Source of the DNA: Cyanophora paradoxa CCMP329
Lineage: Eukaryota; Plantae; Glaucophyta
Direction: 5' to 3'
Length of the DNA: 64,000 nt
Assembly (NCBI GenBank): GCA_004431415.1
Contig: QPMI01000136.1
Span: 1 to 64,000, forward strand
Part shown: piece by piece, positions 22,102-30,918 of the stretch
Position numbering within the stretch: position 1 is the stretch's first letter
Layout: each line of letters starts with the position of its first letter
Position numbers and translations under genes: made by a program
The notes under the pieces: generated by a model
What the model was told of the DNA's origin: nothing
Seen by the model: only the letters and a program-made list of their open reading frames with translations
The model's database searches: none

Positions 22102-23028
22102 TCACAGAGATGAAAGGAATTGCTTAATGCACCGCTCAATATCAGTTTCAGTGTATGGGATGCGCAAGAGTTTTATATTGTTGGCTTCACAATAGCGATT
22201 TTTAATCCCATCACGTAGTTGTGTATCTTCAAATGCCTTTTGACCGCCAAAGAATTCAATAGGGCGATAATGTTGCTCACCGTCATATTCAATTGCGATT
22301 TTTAGAGCAGGAATGTAGAAGTCAAACATAAGTGCGTTTTTGTTGCGACAGTCAATGAATTTATGTTGCTGTTTATATTGAAGACCAATTGCATCAAGCG
22401 TTATTTTGACTGAAATTTCACCTTTTGATGTTTTACATTTAGGACATCCACTACCGCTCAGATGCACATATGGTTTTTGTTCGAAGGCTTCACCACAGAT
22501 ACATATAATGCGAACCTCAGTTTTGTTATTTTTATAACAAACTTGTGAGTAGTCATATTTGTTACCATGAAGCTCTTGTGATTGTTGAATGAATTGATCA
22601 ATATTCTTCTTTCTTCTCTGTCCATTCCGCTGATAATTGCATTTTTTACATCCTTGTCCTCGCAAGTGTTTAATAGGTGTTTGTCTGAATTCTTCACCAC
22701 AAGAACACTTTATAACCACTTTTTGTTTGTTATTCACATATTCCACATTACTGTAATCATACTTGTCACCATGCACACTCTTTGCTTCTGAAATAAATAT
22801 GTCACTCTCTTTCTTTTGCTTTTGCTGTGAACTTTTAATACCACATTTCTTACATCCTTGTCGTCCATGAATATGATTATTTGGTGTCTGTTCAAACTCT
22901 TCACCACAAGAATTACAAGCAATTATAATTTTTGAATGGGTATGTTTGTAAATCGACTTTGAATAATCATATTGTTTTCCATGCACAGAGACAGCTCTTG
23001 ATATAAATTCATCGTGGGTATATGTCAT
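22102..23028 (-). CDS. Homing-type endonuclease: three DUF723-like Zn-ribbon repeats plus PD-(D/E)xK/Vsr-like domain
   Basis: (VHG.KYDYS...C...F.Q.P..H..G.GC.KC) x3; SKGE; FDFYIPALKIAIEYDGEQH. Confidence 0.85.
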   Translation of the reverse strand: MTYTHDEFISRAVSVHGKQYDYSKSIYKHTHSKIIIACNSCGEEFEQTPNNHIHGRQGCKKCGIKSSQQKQKKESDIFISEAKSVHGDKYDYSNVEYVNNKQKVVIKCSCGEEFRQTPIKHLRGQGCKKCNYQRNGQRRKKNIDQFIQQSQELHGNKYDYSQVCYKNNKTEVRIICICGEAFEQKPYVHLSGSGCPKCKTSKGEISVKITLDAIGLQYKQQHKFIDCRNKNALMFDFYIPALKIAIEYDGEQHYRPIEFFGGQKAFEDTQLRDGIKNRYCEANNIKLLRIPYTETDIERCIKQFLSSL

Positions 23029-23102
23029 CTTTCACTATAAAAGACTTTCCAAAATAACTAATCATTTTTTTCTTAAATGCCTTACGATAAACAGTAAGAT
23101 TA

Positions 23103-24488
23103 CTACAAATTTATACGACGAATTCCGTCCTTATCGACAATAATGAACGAATGCATGAGAGCGCGGACGTTAACAGTAATTGTGCGATCAGCAGGAAGAT
23201 ACAGGGTAAGGAAGCTTGATGACGAGTTTGAAAGGTCGACAAAACCAGACTGTGCGATATTGCGAATAGCCTTCTCACCATCAGTGCAGAATGGGAAGCC
23301 GGAAAGGACATAACGGTTAGCATCCTTATCCATATTTGAACACTTGAAAACATCGGCAATGAGTTCCGCACCTTTGAGAAGTGGGATAGGCTCCGTCGAA
23401 TATAGACGCTGTCCGTTGATCTCACAAGTCATGGTAATGTCCTTTGCATTCGCAAGCGTTTTAAGGACGCTATGGGAACCATCGGAAGTATCAATACCGG
23501 CAGCATCGCGAACTGAAACAAGTAGAGCATAGACCAGACCGGAGATTTGGCTAAGGTTAATTCGGTTGGGTTGAGTGTTACCTTTCGCAGCAACACTGAT
23601 AGCATCGACAAAACCGATGTCGAGTGATGGAATCGCCATACCGGTAGTCTTGACCTTCTCAATGACCGTAGCAAACAGCTCATCGGAAACGTTGATAGCA
23701 TGCATGTAGAGACGAGGAGACTTAATGGAGATTGGAGCCACAGCACCGGCAACTTCGAACCCTGTAATACTACCAGTGGTGATGTTTTGACCGACATTCG
23801 CAAGAGTTACATTAGCAGCACTTCCGAGACCATCATTAGTGGTTTGATCAGCAGCAGCACCTACAACTGCAAGAGTGCGACCGCCATAAGAAGTTTCGAG
23901 GTATCCCTTATTAGCCTCCTTAAACCATACGGTAACTACCATTTCCCCTGAGAGCGCGCCAAGGGGCAAGTAATGATTTAACCACGGCACCGGCACTTCG
24001 ACAAAGAAAGCGCCACCTGTGCGGTTGGTTCCGTGAGCGGGAATACCATGGAGCATACCCATAGAACGCTTCTTTTTCGCTAATTGATCCTCTGAATAGT
24101 AAACCAGCGGGAAGATCGCCAGGAAATCAGAAGGCACATGGTAGGTGTAAGAACCATACGAGATTTCGAGACGGTCTACAAGCGCACCGACGGGGCGAGT
24201 GTAACCGTTTCGCACAAGGTCGGTATCACCAGTAAAAGCAGTTAGTTCTGAAAGATCAAAAGCAAGCTCAATTTTACCGACAAAGTTGTAGCGGGGAAGT
24301 TTGAAACTTACTCGCTGTCCTACGTTGTTGTCATAGGTTGTCGATGGACTAACAGTAACGAGAACGGGTTTAGTCTTCGCTTCCAGACCGAGCATAAGCG
24401 AGTTATCGAGGAAGAACGCCTTTGCCTCTTCGGGGGTGGTTAGCGCCTCTTTGAGGGAAAGACGTTGGAGGGTTGTTGTGACGTCCAT
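23103..24488 (-). CDS. Major capsid protein (double jelly roll, divergent)
   Basis: ~460 aa, beta-rich, SFKLPRY.FVGKIEL and VPVPW...LPL motifs; lies between the ATPase region and the pentons. Confidence 0.78.
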   Translation of the reverse strand: MDVTTTLQRLSLKEALTTPEEAKAFFLDNSLMLGLEAKTKPVLVTVSPSTTYDNNVGQRVSFKLPRYNFVGKIELAFDLSELTAFTGDTDLVRNGYTRPVGALVDRLEISYGSYTYHVPSDFLAIFPLVYYSEDQLAKKKRSMGMLHGIPAHGTNRTGGAFFVEVPVPWLNHYLPLGALSGEMVVTVWFKEANKGYLETSYGGRTLAVVGAAADQTTNDGLGSAANVTLANVGQNITTGSITGFEVAGAVAPISIKSPRLYMHAINVSDELFATVIEKVKTTGMAIPSLDIGFVDAISVAAKGNTQPNRINLSQISGLVYALLVSVRDAAGIDTSDGSHSVLKTLANAKDITMTCEINGQRLYSTEPIPLLKGAELIADVFKCSNMDKDANRYVLSGFPFCTDGEKAIRNIAQSGFVDLSNSSSSFLTLYLPADRTITVNVRALMHSFIIVDKDGIRRINL

Positions 24489-24540
24489 GTTTTCTCTTTT
24501 ACAATAATAAAATATAAAAATTCTGTGAATGATCCTTAAT

Positions 24541-25551
24541 TTACGCGAATCCGGCAATATTTGGATAGAAGGGGTGGGTTTCCCTCATTCTCATTTTGAA
24601 ATACTCATAGACCGGATCACCGGCGGGTTCTTCACCATAACGGATTTCAAAAGTCAAATGGATAGGTTGACCTTCGAAATCAATTAATTCATTTTGAGCA
24701 TTCACTATATCTACCGACAGTTGCGATAGTGACATTTTCTTATTGTAGTATTTATACAGCGGGTTAGCTTCGGTCGAATTGTATACTACGTGTTCCGCAA
24801 AGTCTTTATCTTGAACCATGAGTTTATGGAAATATCCAGTAAGAAGACCATCGGCACATTGGACGAGGTCGCCCAGTTCTTTTACTCTTACGAAAAAGAC
24901 GTTATCTTTACAACTCTCAGTGGGGAATGTTGAGATAATACCATTTACATTAGCACCTGTAAACACCTCATCGTTAGCAGTTGAATAGACATTTGATTTA
25001 ATATATCTATTACCATAACGTCCAGCATCGAGACCAAGCATACGACCGTGTCGGTTATTCTTTTCAGCACTTGAACTGTCGGGATCTTTTGCAGTAGAGA
25101 ATGCTATATAAAATACAGTTGGAGCATAGAAGATGACCCGTTTATTAACATCATCCCATTTACACCGAATATTAGGATTCGGAGTTATACCTTCGAATCT
25201 ACTATTTATGCGAGCGGCGAGTTCTTTGTGGGTATTAATAACATCAGATCCTAAATTTTGACCGGGACGGATTGACCGCCAAACATCAAAACCGGGAGCG
25301 GGTGCATTTGTAGAGTTGATGGCGGCATTTGCAATACTAAACCAGATCGTAAAAGCATCTTCTACGGTTACATCTCCGGGGACAGTTTCACCGCTGATAA
25401 GTGGAACGGAATTATAGAATTCCGCAGAGACAAGGCGGACAGCTCTAACATTTTCAAATGTTTTAGGAAGATCGGCAACAAACCGTGATGTTGGAGCGTC
25501 GAGGTTTGCTATTTTTTTAAAAGAAGACACTTCGACATATTCCACCGGCAT
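24541..25551 (-). CDS. Minor capsid (penton) protein 1
   Basis: VEVSS...FVADLPKTFENVRAVRLVSAEF and LSQLSVDIVN...LIDFEG..IHLTFEI, the PLV/NCLDV mCP pattern. Confidence 0.82.
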   Translation of the reverse strand: MPVEYVEVSSFKKIANLDAPTSRFVADLPKTFENVRAVRLVSAEFYNSVPLISGETVPGDVTVEDAFTIWFSIANAAINSTNAPAPGFDVWRSIRPGQNLGSDVINTHKELAARINSRFEGITPNPNIRCKWDDVNKRVIFYAPTVFYIAFSTAKDPDSSSAEKNNRHGRMLGLDAGRYGNRYIKSNVYSTANDEVFTGANVNGIISTFPTESCKDNVFFVRVKELGDLVQCADGLLTGYFHKLMVQDKDFAEHVVYNSTEANPLYKYYNKKMSLSQLSVDIVNAQNELIDFEGQPIHLTFEIRYGEEPAGDPVYEYFKMRMRETHPFYPNIAGFA

Positions 25552-25580
25552 TTTTCTTTAATCTATATTCATATAATAAA

Positions 25581-26492
25581 ATGATTCGGCTTGTCAATGT
25601 CGATAGTAGAGACCGACCAGAGGGACAAAAAGAAAACTCTTATAAGGTTGCACTCACAACACCAATAACCAGACCCCGACAATGTCGCATTTTGTATGCT
25701 GAGATTCCGAACAGTATATATAATTCAATGGGAACCGATTTCTTACTTGTAAGATATGACACCGCTAATGGTGACGTTGTAAAACAGATTCACCCACTAC
25801 CAAGTGGCTACATTAATCAAGGGCATTTTAGTGTTACTCACCCATATAATTATGGTTTGAATTTCAATCTCGGTGATGGTTATAAGTTCAAAATATACTA
25901 CAACCCAACCACCTACAAATTGGAGTTTTATAGTAATTATCTGTTTGAGGTGATTGCCTCTAATGCCAGGATAGCTAAATTATTTGGTTTAAGTTCAATA
26001 GAATGGTTGGGCAGCACTGTTAAAACTCACTTGTTACAAAGGTCGATGTATGCACCGGAAAACCATCTTGTTTATGCAGGAACACCAATTACGCCCGATC
26101 ACCCACAGTGGGGTATTACCTTCGAGGCAGATAATATGGTTGTAACAGAGTTACAGTTTAGAGCATTAAGTGACAAGATGGTTGATATGAACGCAGAACA
26201 ATACTTGTATATGCACATTAAAGAACTCTCTTCTTTTGCTTCGAACCATCATGTAGTCCCGAAATCGCAACCACAGAACCAAGGCGCAATCTTGCGTTTA
26301 CAATTAAGTCAGGACATCGGAAAGTATATATACCATAGCGGAGAGCATGGCGAATACATAAAAATAACAGACAAGAACCTTGTTATTCGTGAGTTAACAA
26401 TAGAGTTTCGTGATTATTACGGTGATCTTGTTGATATGAACGGTATCGATAATTCGTTTGAGTTGGAGTTTTTAGCGTTAGGTATTGATTAA
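25581..26492 (+). CDS. Minor capsid (penton) protein 2, divergent from mCP1
   Basis: VNVDSRDR...ILYAEIPNS...IRELTIEFRDYYGDLVDMNGIDNSFELEF. Confidence 0.85.
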   Translation: MIRLVNVDSRDRPEGQKENSYKVALTTPITRPRQCRILYAEIPNSIYNSMGTDFLLVRYDTANGDVVKQIHPLPSGYINQGHFSVTHPYNYGLNFNLGDGYKFKIYYNPTTYKLEFYSNYLFEVIASNARIAKLFGLSSIEWLGSTVKTHLLQRSMYAPENHLVYAGTPITPDHPQWGITFEADNMVVTELQFRALSDKMVDMNAEQYLYMHIKELSSFASNHHVVPKSQPQNQGAILRLQLSQDIGKYIYHSGEHGEYIKITDKNLVIRELTIEFRDYYGDLVDMNGIDNSFELEFLALGID

Positions 26493-26767
26493 TGGTTTTT
26501 GAATTCAATAAGAGGGATGAACTCACCGCCAAAGTTAAACAGTGCTTTAACGTTGTATTCCACCTTTCCTCTTTTTAAAGTTTGCTTTTGATAGTGGAAA
26601 AAGTGGTTTTCATCACTCTTTGCATACAGTCGGTCGGGTCTATCAGCTAAAAAACCGATCGCTACAATTTGAGACAGAGAAGGGTAAAGGGTGTCGTTTT
26701 CTTTATAGAAGTATTCGGCGGCTTCCATGATATCGGAGATCTCCTTAAACATTTCAGCGCGCGACAT
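26489..26767 (-). CDS. Hypothetical protein
   Basis: ATG ORF preceded by the duplicated ~85-bp upstream element. Confidence 0.6.
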   Translation of the reverse strand: MSRAEMFKEISDIMEAAEYFYKENDTLYPSLSQIVAIGFLADRPDRLYAKSDENHFFHYQKQTLKRGKVEYNVKALFNFGGEFIPLIEFKNH

Positions 26768-26781
26768 TGTAATACGTCACG

Positions 26782-26868
26782 GAAAAATTTTTCTCTTTCT
26801 TTGTTACCCCTATATATCGCAACTTCCTTAAATCCTTTTGTGTTGCCCACGGGGCTTTCAATTTTTGC
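26782..26868 (-). promoter_or_regulatory. Duplicated upstream element (copy 1) containing AAAAATTGA and ATTTAAG
   Basis: Near-identical to 27501-27582 (TATATCGCAACTTCCTTAAATC..TTTGTGTTGC.CACGGG.CTTTCA.TTTTTGC); both sit directly 5' of minus-strand genes. Confidence 0.75.
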
Positions 26869-26872
26869 CTTA

Positions 26873-27478
26873 TTAATCACGATCAATCAAACTGAATATG
26901 TCGCCCACTATACCCACTTTGTCCTTTTCTTCAATATACCACATGCGATGTCCACGACTCCATGCGGCACCATTGGCTTTTAAGAATTTACGAACCGATG
27001 CACGGGTAGTTAACTTTAAGTTATGCCCTTCGAACTTGCGATGATAAACCGAGAGATCACGATTTACTTTAAAATAATAACGTGGTTGCATCTGATTACC
27101 GTAATCTCTTACAATTACATCCATGACATCAGATACCTTATATTGAGTGCATCGGACATGTTGCCAGAAATCGAGAATTTCTACATAAGCATCCTCTGTT
27201 TCCTCATAACGGAGTTGTCTAACAAGGAATTTAATATTATCGATAGGCTCAATGGCTTTCGCAATGTAAAACCGATCATCGACATGTCTAACGACTATTT
27301 GATGAGGTTTATCCATGAAATAACCGACACCCCGCATATCAGAATAAGTGGGTGAATTTCCTATTAATCTTCCATTGTGATGGATAGCATTTATAATTTC
27401 CAGCATTTCACCGATGGAAAAAGGAAGATCACCAACACGAACAGAGAAGATAATTCGACCATTGAACAGATAAGCCAT
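26873..27478 (-). CDS. Hypothetical protein with C-terminal DUF5710-like motif
   Basis: KFLKANGAAWSRGHRMWYI resembles the K..GA.W....K.WY motif. Confidence 0.6.
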   Translation of the reverse strand: MAYLFNGRIIFSVRVGDLPFSIGEMLEIINAIHHNGRLIGNSPTYSDMRGVGYFMDKPHQIVVRHVDDRFYIAKAIEPIDNIKFLVRQLRYEETEDAYVEILDFWQHVRCTQYKVSDVMDVIVRDYGNQMQPRYYFKVNRDLSVYHRKFEGHNLKLTTRASVRKFLKANGAAWSRGHRMWYIEEKDKVGIVGDIFSLIDRD

Positions 27479-27500
27479 GTTTGCTTTTATATTAGACACA

Positions 27501-27582
27501 GAAAATATTTTTCTTTCTTACACCTCTATATCGCAACTTCCTTAAATCAATTTGTGTTGCTCACGGGACTTTCATTTTTTGC
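27501..27582 (-). promoter_or_regulatory. Duplicated upstream element (copy 2)
   Basis: Direct repeat of 26782-26868. Confidence 0.75.
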
Positions 27583-27590
27583 ACGAGCGA

Positions 27591-27695
27591 AAGACATGTA
27601 ATATATCATCGTTAATAGAAGAGAGGATAATAGGTATCTTTGGTGGATCTCCGCATACGGAGAGACATAAAGTATCGAGATTTCCTTGTAAATAA
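27591..27695 (+). pseudogene. 3' fragment (35 codons) of SAM decarboxylase, inverted copy of 454-557
   Basis: Reads KTCNISSLIEERIIGIFGGSPHTERHKVSRFPCK*. Confidence 0.85.
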
Positions 27696-27712
27696 CACGA
27701 TAATCAGTAAGA

Positions 27713-27931
27713 TAGGCACTTAATAGGCACTAAAATAAGTATAATAGGCACCTGTTAGGCACCTTAGGCACCGTAGGCACCTTTTTCATCTTTTTTTTCA
27801 CGCGCCAAAAAGTTGTGTCAAAAACACACAACTTTAAAAATCACACAAGAGATTAAAATAAAGTGCCTACTCTGCCTACAAGTGCCTAAAAGTGCCTAAC
27901 CGCACCATATCAGTAATCCCCAAAGTGCCTA
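27713..27931. repeat. Inverted iteron array: TAGGCAC x6 facing (G/C)TGCCTA x5
   Basis: Directly visible, 9-11 bp spacing; occupies the position equivalent to hairpin A at the left end. Confidence 0.85.
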
Positions 27932-27979
27932 ACAGATGCCTTACCGCACTATATCAATCACAAACGCGAAATTAACCCG

Positions 27980-28503
27980 GCGCTCCATACAGCACATTGT
28001 AGCTGTTTTAACACAAAAGCGGCGCCATATCAGCTCCATATATGCTACACATTAAATCCAAAAGAACATTTTATTATTTTTCGAAGGAATTCCGTTAGAA
28101 TTTCACACAAATATTTCATTATTTCTTGTATAATTAAATACATATTTTTCATTAAATGCATACACATATTATTTCCATATCATTATACACGATAATGCGT
28201 AATATCACACATAGACAATGCCCGCGTTTTATCAGGAGGCGTGATATAATTTATCTAAGTTTAAAATCCACCTCAAATACAAGTGATTACGAGAGATAGA
28301 GGTAAAATACATCGGAGATACGAATACATTAAATTTCAGTAAGGGATACGTTAGTATTATATATGAAATACGCACATAAAAGACAAGAATAAAGGATAAA
28401 ATACACATAAATTAACGTTAAATATGCAAGAAATATAGGTAAATTATAAACAAATTATAATTAAACTTAGCCGAGGGATAAAACGCGGGCATTGTCTATG
28501 TGT
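27980..28503. repeat. Right TIR of element 1, including terminal unit 28207-28503 bounded by a perfect 27-bp inverted repeat
   Basis: ACACATAGACAATGCCCGCGTTTTATC (28207-28233) versus GATAAAACGCGGGCATTGTCTATGTGT (28477-28503). Confidence 0.88.
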
Positions 28504-30300
28504 GCAGCGTTTGAATTCTGGGGCCTCAATCTCGGCAACCCAGCCGTGGTTCTCGGCATCGACCCGGCGGCGGCCGCGGCGGGCGCTCCGATCGCAAGGG
28601 AGGCGCTGGACGAGGCGTACAGGCGCACGATGCGAGGGATAGAGGATGTGTACGTGCGTGCGACACCCTGCCGCCCCGCGCGCTCCCTGCGCCGCGCTGC
28701 ATAGGCATCCGCGCCGGCCGTGGCCGCCGTGACCGGCGTGACCGCGGAGGGCGGCGCGCGCAGGACAAGCGCACACCGCCCGACTCGATATCGATGGAGC
28801 AGCTTCGGGAGTGGACCGGGACGCTCCGGCACGCCGCCAATATCGGTGCGCGGCACACGCAGCTAAGCTGCGGGCTCGCGGCGCGCCGCAGCGGCTCGAT
28901 TCGCGCCTGACGCCGGCGCCCCCGCGACGCCGCGCTGCCGACGCGCAGCGTACCGATTGCTTCTGTGTCCCACGGTGCTCGATGCGATGGCGCGGGCCGC
29001 CCCGGGCGTTCGCCTCGTCGGTATGCTCAGCAAGCTGGCCGTCGAGATTCCCAGCCGGGAGTGCACGCGCTGCAAGTGCCGCCTCCCGGAGGTCGCCTGG
29101 ATGCAGCTGTGCGAATGCAGAAAGCACAACGACCGCGAATACTTGTACGTCCAAACCGCCGTCGGCCTGGAGGGCGAGGACGTAAGGAGCGTCCTGTACC
29201 CGGTGGACATGCGCGAGGACGGCTCAAACTCGGGCCTTGCCGGCCACACGGCAGCCCCCTCCCCGGCTCCTCGCCGATCGGCCGCGGTGACGCCGGCGCC
29301 CGGACCCTTGACATCTCCGGCGCGGGGTACCACGGCCAAGCGCCCCGCCGCGGGAGCTGCTGCTGCCGCCGCTGCCGCCGCGACGGCGGCGCCGGCGGTC
29401 GTCGCCAAGCGCTCCAGGTGTGCCTCCGGGGGGGCGCGCGGCCCGCAGCCTGGGGCCTCCTGTGGGCGCCGAGACGCTCCGCAGGAGCGAAGGAGGGCCG
29501 CGGCCCGCCAGCGAGTCCCGTTTGCCGGGAAGCCCCGCCGAACGGTGCGCGCCGCGCGCCGGACCGCGCCGCGCCGCGCTCCGCGCCCCGCCCGCCGCGA
29601 ATCCTCAGCTGCCGGTGCGCGCGTCTGCTCGGGGGGTACAGGCAAACTGGAGCTTTGGGCGGCCCTTCCTCGACGCGCGCCGGGCTCGGCGCGCTGCTCA
29701 CCTCGATCTCCGACGCGGCCGTCGACCTGGAACTCGCGTGCGGCCCCGTCCGGCCCCCCGCTCTTCCTCACGCTTACCGGCCTTGTTTCGCCCTCCCCCG
29801 TCCCCCCGCGACCGGGCCCCTCAGGAAGGAGGCGTGGGCGGCGCCAAACTTTTTCACGAGAGAAGCGCAGGAGCAGCACGCGTTTCTGCAGCGGCACTTT
29901 CCGCGAACGGCCGAGCTCGGCGAGATCGAGCGTACCACATCCAAAGGGGCGTACGCCCTCATCGTGCTCCTGGCTCGCAGGCTCGGCTTCCCAGATATCA
30001 ATCCGTGCGCCCTGCCCTCCCCACAGCTGGCCCCGCCCCCCGCCTCCCCCCGACGAAAGCGGCTTGCAGAATACGGCAGCTCCGGAGCCTCGACTGGCAC
30101 CCGAAGATGCGGTCCGACGCGGAGCTGATCCGGATCTTGTGCGCGTCCCCACCTTGCCTTGGACTGGTTCCTTAGCACGGCGCTCACCAAGTGTGCAGGC
30201 AGCAGGAGCTGCCGACGGCGCGACTGCAAGCACCGATCGAGTCCGATCAAGGCACGCCGTGCCCCACACCGAGCTCCCATTCGGGCGACGGCAGCCTGTA
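28504..30300 (+). CDS. Spliced GC-rich gene of unknown function, 5' part probably cut by element 1
   Basis: Exon-like frames (AAFEFWGLNLGNPAVVLGID..ALDEAYRR; RECTRCKC...LCECRKH; AYALIVLLARRLGFPDIN) separated by GTGCG...CGCAG introns. Boundaries approximate. Confidence 0.45.
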
Positions 30301-30918
30301 GAATCCATTCTCGCCCGAGTTTGCAGCGGAGAGCAAGCGGGAGGGGGGGGGGAGGGGGGGAGAGCGGGGGCGGGAGGAGGGCGCGGCCAACGGACGCGGG
30401 CCCTCGGCTTTCGAGTCCCAGATCTAGAGCCTCGGAGGGCGGGAGGGCGGTCCGGCCGCGGGGGGGTGGAGCGAGGGGGCGTGGAGAGGGGCGGGCCTTA
30501 CGCCCGTGCGCGGCGTCTGAACCTTTCGGCAGGGCTGCGCGTCCCGCCTTTGCTCTGGTCGCCGGCATCCACGCCCCCGCGCGGGCTCGCGATTCTCGGT
30601 ACGAGTTCAACGTTTGAATCGATCCTTGGGACCCTTGCCGCCCCCGACGTCGTCGCCTCGCGCGTTCCGCAGAGCGGCTGGCGCAGGCACGGTCGCGGGC
30701 CCGGGACTGCTACGGGTTCGAGTCCTTTGGCCCCGTCTGCTGGCGCGGAGAGACGATCTACGTGAGCGCAGCCGCGCGCTCGCCCCCCCCCCCCCCCCCC
30801 CCCTCCCCCCCGGAGCCCCTCCGAGCCTCGCTCCGTTCCGACGCCGCGCGCCAGCTCCCGCGCGGACTCGTGCCCGAGGGGGTGAGCTCCTCCGAGCTCC
30901 TCCGGCCCGCCAGAGCGC

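Larger units (their letters stand above)
1..28503. mobile_element. Endogenous Polinton/Maverick-like virus (PLV), element 1; left terminus lies just outside the window
   Basis: AT-rich, intronless block with rve integrase, pPolB, D5 helicase, A32 ATPase, MCP and two mCPs. 1..196 matches the reverse complement of 27980..28171. Abrupt switch to GC-rich DNA after 28503. Confidence 0.93.

Noticed and set aside
1-28503. Classical virophage (Lavidaviridae) or prophage
   Set aside because: No cysteine protease, and the MCP and pentons are PLV-like in size and pattern. No terminase, portal or lysis genes despite the phage-like fibres.
28957-30765. 602-aa ORF as a single protein
   Set aside because: Only its first part looks coding; the rest reads through introns and other-frame exons.
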